This document shows, piece by piece, positions 1 to 13,220 of a stretch of DNA of 64,000 nt. The notes under the pieces were generated by a model. That model was not told the origin of the DNA and did not search any database. It was given only the letters and a program-made list of their open reading frames with translations. Source of the DNA: Stegostoma tigrinum (lineage: Eukaryota); the NCBI RefSeq assembly GCF_030684315.1, contig NC_081376.1, positions 26,269,018 through 26,333,017 of the forward strand, in the 5' to 3' direction. Each line of letters opens with the position of its first letter. Positions within the stretch are counted from its first letter, which is position 1. The position numbers were made by a program, and so were the translations under genes.

Positions 1-125
1 TTTAAAAATGTATCAATTGCAACAAGGGATATGGAAAGGAAGCTGGCAAATGGTGTTGAGGTGGAGGATCAGCCATGATCATATTGAATGGTAGCACATG
101 CCCAAAGGGTCATATAGCCCATTCC
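1..125 (+). mobile_element. CR1-type LINE 3' end fragment
   Basis: gatcagccatgatcatattgaatgg...aaggg 3'UTR motif shared with the other CR1 tails in the window. Confidence 0.6.
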
Positions 126-149
126 GACTTCGAGGTTCAATGGTTGACC

Positions 150-500
150 TAGTGTGAACAGCATTTAAAGAAGGGAGTTCCACATTTCTGTTGCCCTTCA
201 TATGTCGAGTTGTTTTCTGGATTACTCCTGAAAAGTCTGGCTTTAATTTTGAGACCAAAGGCCAACATTTTGCAAACAGCAACAGAAACTTATTCCTACC
301 CACCCGATCTGTTTTCCTCAATATCTTGAAAACTTTGAATAAATCGTCCCTTAACCTTCTAAATTCCTGGGAATTCAACGCTAATTTGTGTATTTTTTTC
401 TTGTAAGTTCCTGGTGTTCAGATAATCTTCTGATAAATCTATACTGTAGTTTCTCGAAAGCAATTCCAGTTTCCAAGAGGTGGAGCTCAGAACAGTGTTC
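150..500 (-). mobile_element. CR1 LINE ORF2 C-terminal fragment (decayed)
   Basis: ORF 79..378(-) EFRRLRDDLFKVFKILRKTDRV matches the CR1 ORF2 C-terminal RRLRGDLIEVFKIL.G.DRV motif. Confidence 0.75.
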
Positions 501-1194
501 CTAAGTTTTCTTTAAGAGAATTCGCTGAAGTGCAGGCTGATAAAATTCAATTTGAAAAATGTAAATGTTAGAAAAAATTGCAAGTGATTAAAAGTATATG
601 AATGTCATCTTTAAATGTAAGTGTTGAGTTGATGCCTGTATAACTTTGCAGATATTAGATAGTACTTAAAGGAGTCTTCAGTGGCAAACGTTAGAAGCCA
701 TTCATCCTTTCCTTGTATTTGAATGTTATCCTCGTGTTAAAATCTGACATTTGGCATTTAGGCATTATAAAGCCATTGTTTCGAATCTAATGGTGTCATT
801 ATGGTTGGTAGTGACATTGTGATTAAATATAGTGTTATTTTGAATCATACCTTCCTGTAGAATTTTGGTCCCAAAGGGAATGTGCTCTGCTTATATTTAA
901 AATAAACTGATGTCAAAATGGAGGAATTGTCTTATTCCAGAAAGTATATAGTTGGATATTTAGCTATTAAAGATATTCCTCCATATTGTCTTGAAATTCT
1001 CCATTTTTTTCTCTCTCTGTTCATGACATTTGAATACTTTCACAAACTTACTTGCTCTTCTCTAGTGGACCAAATGGCATAGAGCTACTGGGTTTGGTGT
1101 TCTGTCCATTCCATTCTTTATTCTTTTAGTTTCTTTTTACTTCTCTTCTCTCTTCCCTCACATTCCTTTCCTATTTTTCTCTTTTATTTTACTT

Positions 1195-1787
1195 AGCTCT
1201 TGTTGAAGAGCTGGGTTGTGCTGACGGTATCGGTGATGGCAAGTAGGCCCATTGCAGACTCATGGTGGTTGGTGAGTGGGCCTGGCACAGACATTTGGCA
1301 GATGGCGTCGGAGTGAGTTTGAGTTCCCAGTGGCTTCTGCATTGGCAAGGCCAATCTGGCGCCGACTCGTGGTTGCTGCAGAGGAGGCAAGCTTGAATTC
1401 CTGGTGATGTCTGTGTCTAGTGCAGATGCTTGGAGGTGGTGGCAGAGGCGAGTTCAGACCAGTGGCATCAGTGGCACCTGCATTGGCAAGGCCCAGTGAG
1501 ACTCATTGTGATGAAGGCATTGGTGGAGGTGAGATAACGCTAAAGAATGGCAGCTTTCTTTCCAGCGCCAGCCTGGCCCCTAGACCCAGGGCCCATGATG
1601 GAGCACTTGACAAGAAGGAGTGTAAAGTTGAACACATTTTCTTTCTTTCTTTATTCTTCTTCCTTTATATTCTATGTATTGGTTTATTTCTCTGTGTTTT
1701 TAGATGGTGCCATAGAGTAGCAACATTATACAATATTTTTCACCATATTTTGCAACAAAATGCACATGACAATAAATGAATCAAATA
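1195..1787 (+). mobile_element. Unclassified retroposon with a Rex1-like 3' tail
   Basis: GC-rich body ending agatggtgcc...ttttcacc...catgacaataaatgaatcaaat; a related tail occurs at 8600-8817. Confidence 0.4.
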
Positions 1788-2064
1788 ATATCAGATAAAG
1801 TTACACAGGAGGCTTTTCTCCTCGAGGCTCCGAGATACGAATGAAAAAGTTTACTTTGAAGCTTCAGTGTAATAATTTAAAAGAAAAACAAACTTCACAG
1901 TCAGGCCAAATGTGAATTATTTTCCCCAGGTTACTAGATCAAAGTTCATGTTCAAGGTTTCGGTTGCATGCTTGTTAAATTCTTACCAGCAATGGATAGT
2001 GTTCTGTGTAATAGTGTTTATCATGTAAGTGTGAAGTAGTAACTTAAATTTCCATTTATCAGTT

Positions 2065-3503
2065 GATGCTCTGGTAGTAATTCTGGAAAAGTTCCAGAGG
2101 ATTGGGAGTTTTACAATGGAGCAGCTTTACTTTAAAAAGGAAGGACACAAAAGGCCGGTAACTATAAACCACTTAATGCAACACATGTTATTGGGACAAT
2201 GTTAGAGTATATTTTGAAGCATGTAGTAGCAGACCATTTAGAAATAAAGAATACGATCAAGAAATATGACTTCACAGAGGGGAATCATGCCTGACAAATT
2301 TACAAGAATTTTTTGACGAGACAGCAAGCAGAATGGATAAAGGGGTAGTTGTGGATGTAATATATTTGGATTTTGGGAAGTTGTTTGATAGAGTATTGCA
2401 TGTTTGACTGTTTAGTAAAATAAGAGCCCATGATATTGGAGGTAGTGTATGAGAATTGAGAAAGGGTTGCCTGACTAATAGAAGTCAGAGTTAGATTAAG
2501 GGGGACATTTATCAGGATGGCAACCTATAACTAGTGGAGTACCATAGACCCTGGGGCCACAATTATTTAGAATATATATTAATGACTTAGATGAGGAAAA
2601 TTAATGTACTGTCAACGAGTTTGCAGATGACACTACATTAAGTGTTAAGGCAAGTGGAATGAATACCAAAGGGTCTGCAGAGGGCCATAGACAAGGTTAA
2701 GCAATTGGGCCAGTACTTAGCAGATGGACAATAATGTGAGGAAAATGTGAGTTATGCATTTTGGCAGGAAGAGTAGATGAGCTGAATATTATCTAAGTGA
2801 AAGGACTGCAGATAGCTATAGCACAGATGAGTTTAGAAGCCCTTGTGTTTGATCATGAGAAGCTAGCATCTAAGTTCAGTAGTCAGGAGGGAAGACAAAT
2901 TGGATGCTGACCTTTGTTTTGATGGGAAAGGAGTATAAAAACAATGAGGGTTTATGAAAACTGTAAAAGGCAGTAGTCCAATCGCAGCTAGAATACTATA
3001 CAGAACTTTGGATGCCTTATCCAAGGAAAAATTCACTGGCATTGGAAGCAGCCCAGAGAAGGTTTACTCGTCTGATCCTGGGTATAGAAGGATAGTTGTA
3101 CGAGCAGAGGGTGAGTAGATTGGGCCTGTGCTCATCAGAATTTAGAAACTTCTTGTAACAAGGGGACTTGACAGGTAAGTATGGAGAGGTGTTTCCACTT
3201 GTGGGAGAGTCAGGGACCAGTGGGCAGAATTTCAGAGTAAGTGGTTCCTCATTTAAAACAGAGATGAGGAGGAATCTGTTTCTTCAGAAGGTGGTGAATC
3301 TGTGGAATTCTTTACCACAGAACATTGTCAATTATTCGTGGCTGAGATAGACAGATTTTTGATCAGTAACAGAATCCAGGGTTGGGGGAAAAGGCAGGAA
3401 AGTGGATTTGAAGATGTTTAGATCAGCTACGATCTCATTGAATGATGGAACAGGTTTGATGGGATGAACGGTTCACTTCTGCTCCTACATCTTATGGTCT
3501 TAT
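2065..3503 (+). mobile_element. CR1 LINE, 5'-truncated (RT domain to 3'UTR), pseudogenised
   Basis: Decayed VPEDW, FKK..GNYKP, YLDF, SGVP and INDLDE..FADDT motifs, then NLWNSLPQ (ORF 3168..3350) and a tail ending cttatggtcttat. Confidence 0.9.
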
Positions 3504-3699
3504 CTTTAAAGTGAGCTTTACAGAAGTCACTGCATGTTGGGAGAAGCAAACCTAGAAGATGGCTGGAAAAAAGTCATGTGAATCCTCAAAATGTCTGCTT
3601 TGGGACTTCTGGAAACCTTTGTTTTAGAAATTATAATCCTACCTAAAAATGCACTTTTTTCCACATTGAGTGGCTGCTTTGTTGAACACCCCTGTTCAG

Positions 3700-4050
3700 T
3701 TTGTATGCCTGACCCTGAGCTACCAGTCACCTCTCCACTTTACACTTGCACTGACCCCTCTTTCCACTGCCTTCTGCAACATTTCAGTGAAGCTCAATGT
3801 AAACTTGAGAAACAGCACCTTATCTTTTGAATCAGCACTTCTGGACACAACACTGAGTACAGCAATTTCGAACATGATCCATGTTACCAATTTTGAAAAC
3901 ATTTTTTGTTATTTATCTCTCCGGTCTTCCACCCAATCAAGAGACTTTCCATTTTGTTCTTTTGTCCATGTTCTCCTTTCCTCAAACTTTTCCCAGTTTT
4001 GATGAAAGGTCATTGGCATGAAACTAGCTGTTTCTCTGTCCATAGATCTG
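3700..4050 (+). mobile_element. Old Penelope-like element 3' fragment
   Basis: EAQCKLEKQHLIF resembles the GIY-YIG C-terminal RRLQEQQLIF seen at 62.2 kb; degenerate hammerhead tgatgaaaggtcattggcatgaaac near 4000. Confidence 0.6.
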
Positions 4051-5682
4051 ATAGAACTATCAATGCTCATGGTATATGAGGGTATCCAATTCAATTCAAA
4101 ACTATACTGTTTGCCATTTTGGAAGGATTTGTGCAAACTACAGATTACTTACATGAGCTGAGCAGCACCATAGAAATTACTGGGATTTCAGTCCAATGTC
4201 CACCTTAAAATTTAGGCTGTCCACTGTATCAATTCAAGTCAGAAATTCAACCATACAGCTTTACTGCCCTTTGACTGGGGAGAGAATCATAGGCATGCAA
4301 TGCATTCATGTGTATTCAGCACATAGACATGCAGCTTCTTTATTAAAAAAATGCTTTTGGAGGATTTATGAGGCTGTGACTTGTTTAAAACATCTTAATG
4401 TAACTTCTCCCAATGTGTGGGTCCAGCTTACAGTTGAGGTCGGCTATAAAATTGATGCTGTGGTGATACCACTGTCCCCAACATGTTCCTACCTGAAGTG
4501 ATCAATGACTAGTCATTTAAGGGCCTCCTCCCACTGGGGGATACTACTTTGGCTTGCTGGTTCTGAGCCAATTAATAGTCCAACGTTCATAAAGTGGCAA
4601 CAAATCTGAACCAGTGATTGAGACGTGACGTTGGTTTTAGCCAAGGGATGGGGTTATTGTTTCACAGAAAATTCTGGCCAACATTTCTGTGCTCTTTTTC
4701 CAGCTAGAGTCAACTTTATAAAATACCTGTGCTTTTACCTCTGTCCTACATCTTATGTGTGACATGTAATGTGTTTGTAGAATCCTTTCACAATTTCAAC
4801 ATTTTCTTGTGTTTCTCTATCTGGAATTGTGCATTACATGTAGGGTAAGTATTAATTCTGCAATTTCATTGTGTATTGTTCAGCACTTCCACAGTCTTTT
4901 GACTCTTTGTTCTTGTTTTGAAGCTCTTGCAAGTTGTGTCAGAATGGTTTAGGCCCTTCGTAACAAACAGATGACTTAGAAGTTACAGAAAATTCTACGT
5001 GTTTTTATTTCAGGTCGTAAATCTGTGCCTTTAAGTCTGCAAATATAATAAAAATGCAGTTCTCAGCAGAATGTGAGAGCTTGGAGGCCCTGAAATATCT
5101 GTCGTTCACTGGACCCAGCACAATTTTTCTGTCAAACTGAGACTAATATCAACAAATCTCCATGTTGTAGACGGTGATGATTTTTAATTGCATCCTTTAA
5201 CTTCACCATAAAATAAAGAAATGATATGGCAATTTTGACTTTGTACATTGCTAACTAAATGCCATGTCATCGTTCTGGGCACTGTTAAATAACTTTGCTT
5301 TGGAGTTTTCAGAATTTACACCACATTTAACATCTTTTAAAAAGTAGATACAGAAAATTCAACAGAGCAGTGCCCATTTTTCAGGTGGGAAGCAACTCTG
5401 AACTTTTCCAAAATGATAGATTCTTTACCAGTGTTTTTTCAAAAGAATTATATGTTATGTACAGGTTGATTGTGAGCTTATCATGCCCAGTTTCTGGTGT
5501 TCTCCCATTCTTAATGACCGAATTGATGAGAATTTGCCTGTAGAGTTCAAGAATGAATAGTAACATGGAAGCAGAGAACAGGAACAGCTACTGCAGAAGC
5601 TCTTAACTTTCTGGATAATTGGAGAATTTCTCTTACATTGCTTCATATATGAGATGCTGTTACATGAATTTTTAAAATTCAT

Positions 5683-6010
5683 TTATGCGATATGGGCATC
5701 ACTTGCTAGCTAGCATTTATTGCCCATCCCTAGTTGCCCTTGAGAAGGTGTTAGTGTGCTATCTTCTTGAACCGTTGCAGCCCACCTGCTGTGGGTTGAC
5801 CCACAATGCCTTTAGGGAAAGAATTCTGGGATTTTGACTCTGCAACATTGAAGGGACAGTGATATATTTCCAAATTAGCATAGTGAGTAGCTAGGAAGAG
5901 AATTTCAAGGTGATGGTGTTTCCCTGCATCTGCTGCCCTTGTACTTGTGGATGGAAATGGCCGTGAGTTTGGAAGGTGCTGTCTGAGGATCTTTAGTGAA
6001 CTCCTGCAGA
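5683..6010 (-). mobile_element. LINE 3' end fragment (CR1/L2-like; same family as 63260-64000)
   Basis: gcatttattgcccatccctagttgcccttgagaagg tail; ORF 5751..6020 SQNSFPKGIVG...GLQRFKKIAH. Confidence 0.7.
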
Positions 6011-7711
6011 GCCAAGTCAACGAGTGATGTGATCTGCTACAGTCACAAATTAAATCTCAAGCCAGTGACCAGACAGTACTACATCTGGTCACCAAGATCA
6101 CAATGGTTCTTAGGCTCTGTTCAGGTCCCAGAATGAAAAGTCAGTGATATCTTCTGGTTCACAGACCACTACTGAGTCAAAGATGGCACTGAGTTTCTCT
6201 ATGTGTGGAGGCAATGCTGCCTCTCGTATACCTAACATTTTCCACACAGGCAATGCTCAGGTCAGTTCTTCTGAGTTAGCAGGTACAAAGCTGTGCAAAA
6301 AAGATTAGATGGGCTGTACAATTAAAGAAATTTTCACCATGGCAGCTGTTGGAGTCTAAATTCAATGTAATTAATCCGAAATACACAATTAGTCTCAATA
6401 ATGGTGACTTTTATAAAAATCTGTTTCACTAATAACTATTCCTTAGGAAAGGAAGTCGATTTAGGGAACCCTCTATGTGCTTGTTTACTGACCCTGGTGC
6501 TTCCTCATTGTCACAACCCGGGAGGTGAAGGTTTACTGAACTTCAGGGAGGACTGGATTGACTAGCTCTGGAGCTTGATGGTTCTTATGTAGATTGTATC
6601 ATAGCACAGCTTGCCACAGAAGGTTGCATGGTACCATTGGTGGATCAGGCAGGAGAATCTACATGCCATTATGGTAAGAAATGATTAGTAGGTGCTTTCC
6701 CCACAGATAGTGACTTAGTACTTCGACAGCGCTGAATGGAAACAATGCTTGATTAATCTATGTCCTGGAAAATCTTTTCAACTCTGACCTCAAAGTGAAG
6801 TGCAAGTGAACAGCTCTTTTGCCTTCCATTGCCAGCTGTTTGAGCAATCAAGGAAAGCTTCATGGTGGACACTGTTCAGGGGGGAACCTGGAGTTTAATG
6901 AAACTGACCACGTGGTCCTTGTGGAAGGAACATTCTCCATCCTCTTAGTAACACTTGGAGACAAGCTGGAGCCAACTCCTCAATGCTTTACTGCAGCACA
7001 AGGTCATTGGCAGCCCATCCAGGTGACCATGTCTTTTTCTGGTGCATTCCCATATCCTGTCATTACATTTGTTAAGAAATTCAGCAGAGAATCCCATCCT
7101 TTGGCAAGCTGACACATTTGGCATTATATGCCCTTTCCTTGCTGTTGTTCACTTGTGCCAGTTGGTTCCACATATGTAGATGATCTCTGTCATGTCTGGC
7201 AAAGAGCTTACACCCTTTCAGCATCTGAAATGGAAGAGGGACCAAGGTTAGTTTGTGGATTGATGAGGGAGAGCAGATGGAGAAGAGTGCATTAACATGC
7301 CTAAGGCTGGTTATAGAGAGGGCTAGTCTCGAAATTATAGAACAGTTACAGAATAAGGGAGGCCATTCAGTACACTGTACCTCTATCAGCTTGTCAAATA
7401 AGGATCAATACCTTGTGTCAATTTCCTACTTGTTGCCCATCCCCTTGCACATTACTTCTATCCAAAAGTTGAGAGAGAAGGTTAAAGATGAAATACTGTT
7501 AAGCTTGATGAAATAAAATTTACAAATGTACTCAAGTATTGCTAGATGTCATGATCTTGAATCTGGACATGCCCGTGGTGATAAGTGCACTCTAGTCAGG
7601 GCTGCCTTTTCCTCCTGTAAACCAATCTGCTGCAAGGAGAATTGGAGCGTGTTATCAAAAGTCTTGGTGTGTATTCAGCAAATGTACGATCATGGTAGAA
7701 GAGCTGATAGA

Positions 7712-7731
7712 GTGTGTGTGTGTGTGTGTGT
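7712..7731. repeat. (GT)n microsatellite
   Basis: Visible directly. Confidence 0.95.
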
Positions 7732-8494
7732 CAGCTGTTATCTGTAAATAAAAGCGGTAATGATGACAGAGGAGAAGATGTTTTTGCGATGTATGGTGCA
7801 GGGATGGTATTCAAGTGAAATAAAGTGGGGGAGGGAACCTGAGAAGGATATCTGAGCAAAAAGTCACCGAGCATTAGCCACACCTTGGCAACTCCAATGA
7901 AGACATTCAACTTTTTGGGAATTCCAGTTGTGTCATGGATACTAAACGCTTATGGACTTCCGAGTTGCTGCCTGGGGAACCTTCAACCCATTGGGAAAAA
8001 GTGATGTCTCGCTGTACTTGTCCATTGCTTACGTTATAATTTCTGAGATTAAATTGAAGAAGCTGTCCTCTCCTCATGCTTGCTGCAGCTACCTGTTATT
8101 GTGTGCACCCTTTGTTCTGCAGCTGAAACACACATTTTTTAAACTTTTTACATCGATACCAGAACAGCACTGGCTGAGTGATTAAAATAATCAGGTAGCA
8201 CAACCTTTGCATGCTGTCTGGGCCTAAATTAACAGTCACGTGCAATTGGGCAAGTCATGCCTACTGAGAACCTGTTTTCAGGCAAGATCCGATTCCTCAA
8301 CTCCTAAACACAGGTACAGACCATAAACTGATCGTTTGAAATCCAAGACACGCAAAGAAAATAAATTGAACTCAGTGACCTTGAATGTGTTCCTCATGGA
8401 GTGTAGATGTTTGTTTCAATTCAAGGGTGGTCACTTTCAGAACAGCTCATGTCTCAGGTGGCCAATAGTTCATTTAAAAGAAATCTTGTATGAC

Positions 8495-8945
8495 TAGACC
8501 AGCATTTATTGCCCATCCTGATTTACCCCTGAACTAATTGGCTTTCTAGGACGAGTCAGAGGGCACAGTCAACCACATTGCTTTAAGCGCAGCAGTTTTA
8601 ATATTAATGACCACCTTATTTCTTTACTTTTCTATTTGTCCTATGAAGGTAATGCTTAGCTTTTTAAAATTTGTTTCTACTCCTACTTCGTACCTCAGTT
8701 TTTTTAACCTAGGTACCTTGGTACCTAAGATGGTGCTTTGTGTGGTGACGTTATATTTTTCACTGTACTCCGGTACTTGAGTAAGCATGATGGTAAAAAA
8801 TTAAATCTAAATCTAAAAGATTTTCATCCTTAAAGGACATTAGTGAAGCTGATGGCTTTTTATGACATTATTCATACTGTTGCCATTAGATGAGTTTTTT
8901 AAATACCAGATTTTTATTGAATTCAATTTTTACTACATGCAGTCC
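8495..8945 (-). mobile_element. tRNA-derived SINE (family of 55449-55803) split by a Rex1-tail-like insertion at ~8600-8817
   Basis: agcatttattgcccatcc...caaccacattgct and aaaggacattagtgaagctgatgg...ttattgaattc flank an insert ending (aaatct)n. Confidence 0.65.
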
Positions 8946-9419
8946 ATTGACTTGATCACAATGTCAGCACTTCCCCAATTCACCGCAGTCTAGTGATTTC
9001 TGAGTGGGAGTGCTGTACAAAATGTTTTTAATCCTTTTTTTAACCAATGTAGAACATTGATTGGCTTTACAATCTCTATACCCTGCAGCTTTTCAACATG
9101 CCCATTCTCAATTGTCCTTGAAAACCTTCGGAGCGATACCTTTATTCTATTAAATGCATTGTTGAAACTCAGGGCAGTGCTGATCGAGTGTTTAGAATGC
9201 CTACCACACTGGCTGCTGTTAACTATCAATCAATAAGTGATCAAAGTGTTTTACTTCTTGAGTTTTCAATTACTGTTGTTTTCTCCCATGTCTGCTACAG
9301 CTTTGTGTCCGACATGATGCAGCAGAACTTAGTGGAAACACAAAGTGAAAATATGATTTATAATGTTGTCTCAACTTTATACAGACAAAATGGTTTGTGT
9401 TTGTAATTGTTGAAATGTA

Positions 9420-9720
9420 TTTGCAGATTAATAGCAGCAGTTTTAAAGTAGCTGAGTTTACAGACCGGGGAGGATGGGAGGCAGGCTAGAAAACCACTGA
9501 CATTGTCTGTCTGGAAGTAACAAAGACATGGATGAGTGCTTCAGTGGCTGATAGTTTGAGGCAGGAGTTTAGGTGGGAGGTGATGGGCATTGACTTTTTT
9601 TGTGATGGAGTGAATATGTTATTAGAAGCTTAATTCTGGTTCAGTGAGGATTCCGAGGTTGCAGTTCGGCACTACTTTCAAAAAAAAAGTAGCTGGAAAG
9701 GAGATTTGAATCATGATGAG
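9420..9720 (-). mobile_element. L2 LINE ORF2 fragment
   Basis: Reverse strand reads EALIHVFVTSR, matching the L2 ETLIHAFVTSRLDY motif. Confidence 0.7.
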
Positions 9721-11256
9721 GGAAGGAAAAATTCTAGTTAGCAGTTGAGACATGAGTATCAGGTTTTTGGCTCCGTGGCAAAGGGAGGCAGCATCTTTTT
9801 GTAGGATGGGCAGGTCTGCAACAGCAGGAGGCCATGGAAAAGAAAAGAAAACAAGGACAAGACCAAACGTCACAGGAGTAGAATTAGGCCATTTGGCCCA
9901 TCGGGTTTGCTCCACCATTTGATGATGGCTCATGTGGTTCTCAATCCCATTTGCCACCTGTGCAAATGTATGCCAAGTGATTTTACAGCATACCTAAAGC
10001 AAATACTGCCTGAAACCAAATTCCGATCCAGGCTGATGACCAGAACAAACTGCTGTAACCAGAGGAGATATTCTGACCCTGCTTTGATGCAAGTTCAGTC
10101 CTTTGCCATCCATTCGCAATCCTATTTCAGCTCTCAACTAATGTCAATCTTAAGCGGTATGAATGCAATTTAAGTTCTCAACAGTGATTAATAGTGAGGA
10201 AGATCTGTTGCCTCGATATGTTGATTAGGCTGCTCCTGGCATTTTTGGAAGCCTTGTCAATGGGCCGACTTGGCTTTGTGCACATTTACATGGAGTGAAT
10301 GAGCTTGGTTAGCCTGATCCAAGAATTTTAATTTTCTCCCAACTGTCTCCTGAATGCTGGGAATGGTGGGAGGAGAGCAGTTAACATTGAGGTTTTAGGT
10401 GTCAGTGACAACAGCAGTGATGTTTTCATTATTTTAAATGAAGTCAGGTCTTAGTTCTGAGACTGTTTTACTTGGAGAAAAATCCTTCATGAATAAGGAA
10501 AACATAAACAATCAAGTAGATTTATTTAACCAAAGATTTGTCATGTATGGTTTCACTTTCTGTAATATACCCTCTGCTGTATGGAAATATTTGAAGATAT
10601 GGGTCAATGCCATTGGACTTCAATGCTTGACAGATGGTCAGATGTTTCTGTCTCTTTCTCTTGAAAGAAACGTTCACCCATTTGTTTCCAGCTCATGGGG
10701 AAACCACAGGATTTTTAAAAATGAGTATCTCTCCCATTGAAGCTTCACAGGAAATGATTTCTACTGAACATATTTATCTGAATATCTTTATCTAGCAAGA
10801 GGGAACAAGATTCTTACATCCTGAGGATTTGCTAAAAGAGAATGTAATCCTCCAAATGGGATTAACTTCTTTTAAAAATGAGTGAAATGCAATCAACAAC
10901 TGAAGCATTAATTTTTAGACATCAATCTCATCCTTGCGCATACTCTGCAGTTCTGTCAGCTGTGACATTGTTTGCACCTTGATCTGAAATGCATGAAGAT
11001 CAACACTTTGGATAATCCAGACTTGCACATTGTAACATGTTCAAGTAACGATCATGCAAGAAGTACATTGGCTCCCTTCTTTTATACCCCTCTCATCCGC
11101 CCGACTTCAATTGTAGCACTTCTTTTGTAGCGCATAGTTGTACATATTAATTAAAAATGTAGATAACTAGATCAAAATGAATGAGAAAATTTCAGGTTTT
11201 CTTGAGTGATGGAAAGTGAAATTTCATTACCTATTAATCCCAAGAGGAGAAAAATA

Positions 11257-11262
11257 AACACA

Positions 11263-11320
<58 letters not shown>
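11257..11320. repeat. (CA)n microsatellite
   Basis: Visible directly; explains the HTHTHT ORF. Confidence 0.98.
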
Positions 11321-11323
<3 letters not shown>

Positions 11324-11595
11324 GAAAGTACTTGGTACAAACAAAAAGAATAAAGGAACAAAAACAAAATTGCTGCAGAGGCTCAGCAGGTCTGGCAGCA
11401 TCTGTGAAGGAAAAAAGCTGATGCTTTAAAGTTCTAGAGATGTTAGATTTTTAACCTGAGATCAAAGTTGTTTAATTAGTGACTGGTATTCTCAGTAATA
11501 ATGGAGTTTGTAGAAATCTGAGAGTTGTTTGTGACGGCTGTGTTCCCCAATTTACTTTTTCACTGAGTGCTGCCTTCTGAGAAGCTAAGAAACAA

Positions 11596-11600
11596 GGGGG

Positions 11601-11631
<31 letters not shown>
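11596..11631. repeat. G-run plus (GA)n microsatellite
   Basis: Visible directly. Confidence 0.9.
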
Positions 11632-11632
<1 letters not shown>

Positions 11633-12919
11633 ACACTTGCCAAAAATTCACTTTTTCTCCTCTCTGCTCAGTCAAACTGCTACTGAATTAGGGTTCATTT
11701 GATATTCCCAAGTCTGGCTTAATTGCATTTCCAAGCTGAACCGCAACAAACAACTGTCCATGTCAAATATGGGCAACATCTCATGTAAGTGTGAATTAAA
11801 ATGAGAGATGTAAATTTATTAGCACTAAGTCAATTAATTGGTTTCAGTATCTGTAGATAAAATAGTAGCTTCAATGCTGATGGTTTTGTTTATTCCACAT
11901 TAATTTCTGGGTTGCCACAATCTATGTTAATGTGTTCACTGCAACTATTTCAGATCCATGGCTGATTGTTGTTTAAGAATCATTTTAGTCCCTGAACAAT
12001 TTATATATTAAGATCACATGATGGAATTTACAATTTGATAGACCACATCATTATTGTAACAAATTTCAAAATTCTTTTGTGATAATTATCACATTACTGT
12101 TGTAAAAATGTTTCTCACCGGATTAGTTGTCTACCCTTAAATCTTGTTCATGGTGGTTTAAAAAGTATTCCCTTTTCAAAGGACAAAATTGTTGAAATGT
12201 GTGATGTACAATACATTATTTTGCTATTTTGGTGCAATTGTGTGTTAATTTATGTTATCCCCAAGATCGAGCCCTTGTGTCAATCTTGGATAATTGAAGA
12301 CCAATTAACAGCAGGAAACATTTAGATTTTGATTTTATACACATGGGGAAACAAAACATAAATTTGCATACATGGTGAAGAAAACTGACCTTCAGTGGTG
12401 AAGCATTTGTGATGTGTGACTGACATGCCTCAAGTGTACAAATATTGCTATGAGAGAGCTGTGAACCCTATGCATTGTGATAACTGCATTTTGGAATACT
12501 GTGAATTTGTTTCAAATATATGTTTATATTTAATTATTTACTACATGTAGTTTTTCTTGTTGAAGCATTTACTAAATCCTACTTCAGTGCTACGTCTCTT
12601 ATTACTGCTTTCTTCAAAAATGCAACATAGTCACCACATAATGTTGCTCATGAAAAATATTTGCCCCAAGCAAAAGACAAAGCAATAATGTTGTGCTAGT
12701 CTCTCATTTATTTCTGTTTTTTAAAAGTTGTAAGTAAGGAGGCTCGATTGGAACATAAACGATGGCATAAACTGATTGGGTCAAATGACCTGTTCTGTCT
12801 GTACCTCTCATGTAGTCCTACTTTTTTTCCCCAACAAAGACACATATATGCTAACTATTTATTGTTGATCGTTTGTGCACATTCTCCTTAGGTGGCTTGT
12901 AAACTAATTTAGGAAGTAA

Positions 12920-13220
12920 AAACTTGCATTTTTGTCACGCCTTTCATGACTTGAGGAAATCTCAGACTGCTTTACTCATGACCTTGGGAGACCCCAACCC
13001 ACTTTGCAATCAATGAATTATTGAGGTGAAGCCAGGACTACTGGGATGATGCCCCTGCTCTTTCTTGACAAAATGCTTTTACGTGGGTGGTCAGAGCCCG
13101 ATTCAATACCCTATCCAGGGGACGGTGCTTCCAATTCTGTCCGAACTATCCTAAAGTGTCAGTTGATATTCTTCAGTCCTCTTCTCCCGGGGCAGAAGAG
13201 CTACTCTCAAAGCTGTAGCT
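12920..13220 (-). mobile_element. DeuSINE-like (SacSINE1/AmnSINE1-type) element, decayed
   Basis: Reverse strand ends gtaaagcag...catgaaaggcgtgacaaaaatgcaagtt, like the DeuSINE tail; internal ccctgctctttctt core. Confidence 0.6.

Noticed and set aside
6500-7230. Possible transposase remnant (CSGGNLEF resembling RSGGALQY)
   Set aside because: Only one weak motif; could not extend it
7860-8000. Possible very old GIY-YIG C-terminus (WGTFNPLG)
   Set aside because: Too short and degenerate to call
11206-11421. His/Thr-repeat ORF
   Set aside because: Translation of the (CA)n microsatellite
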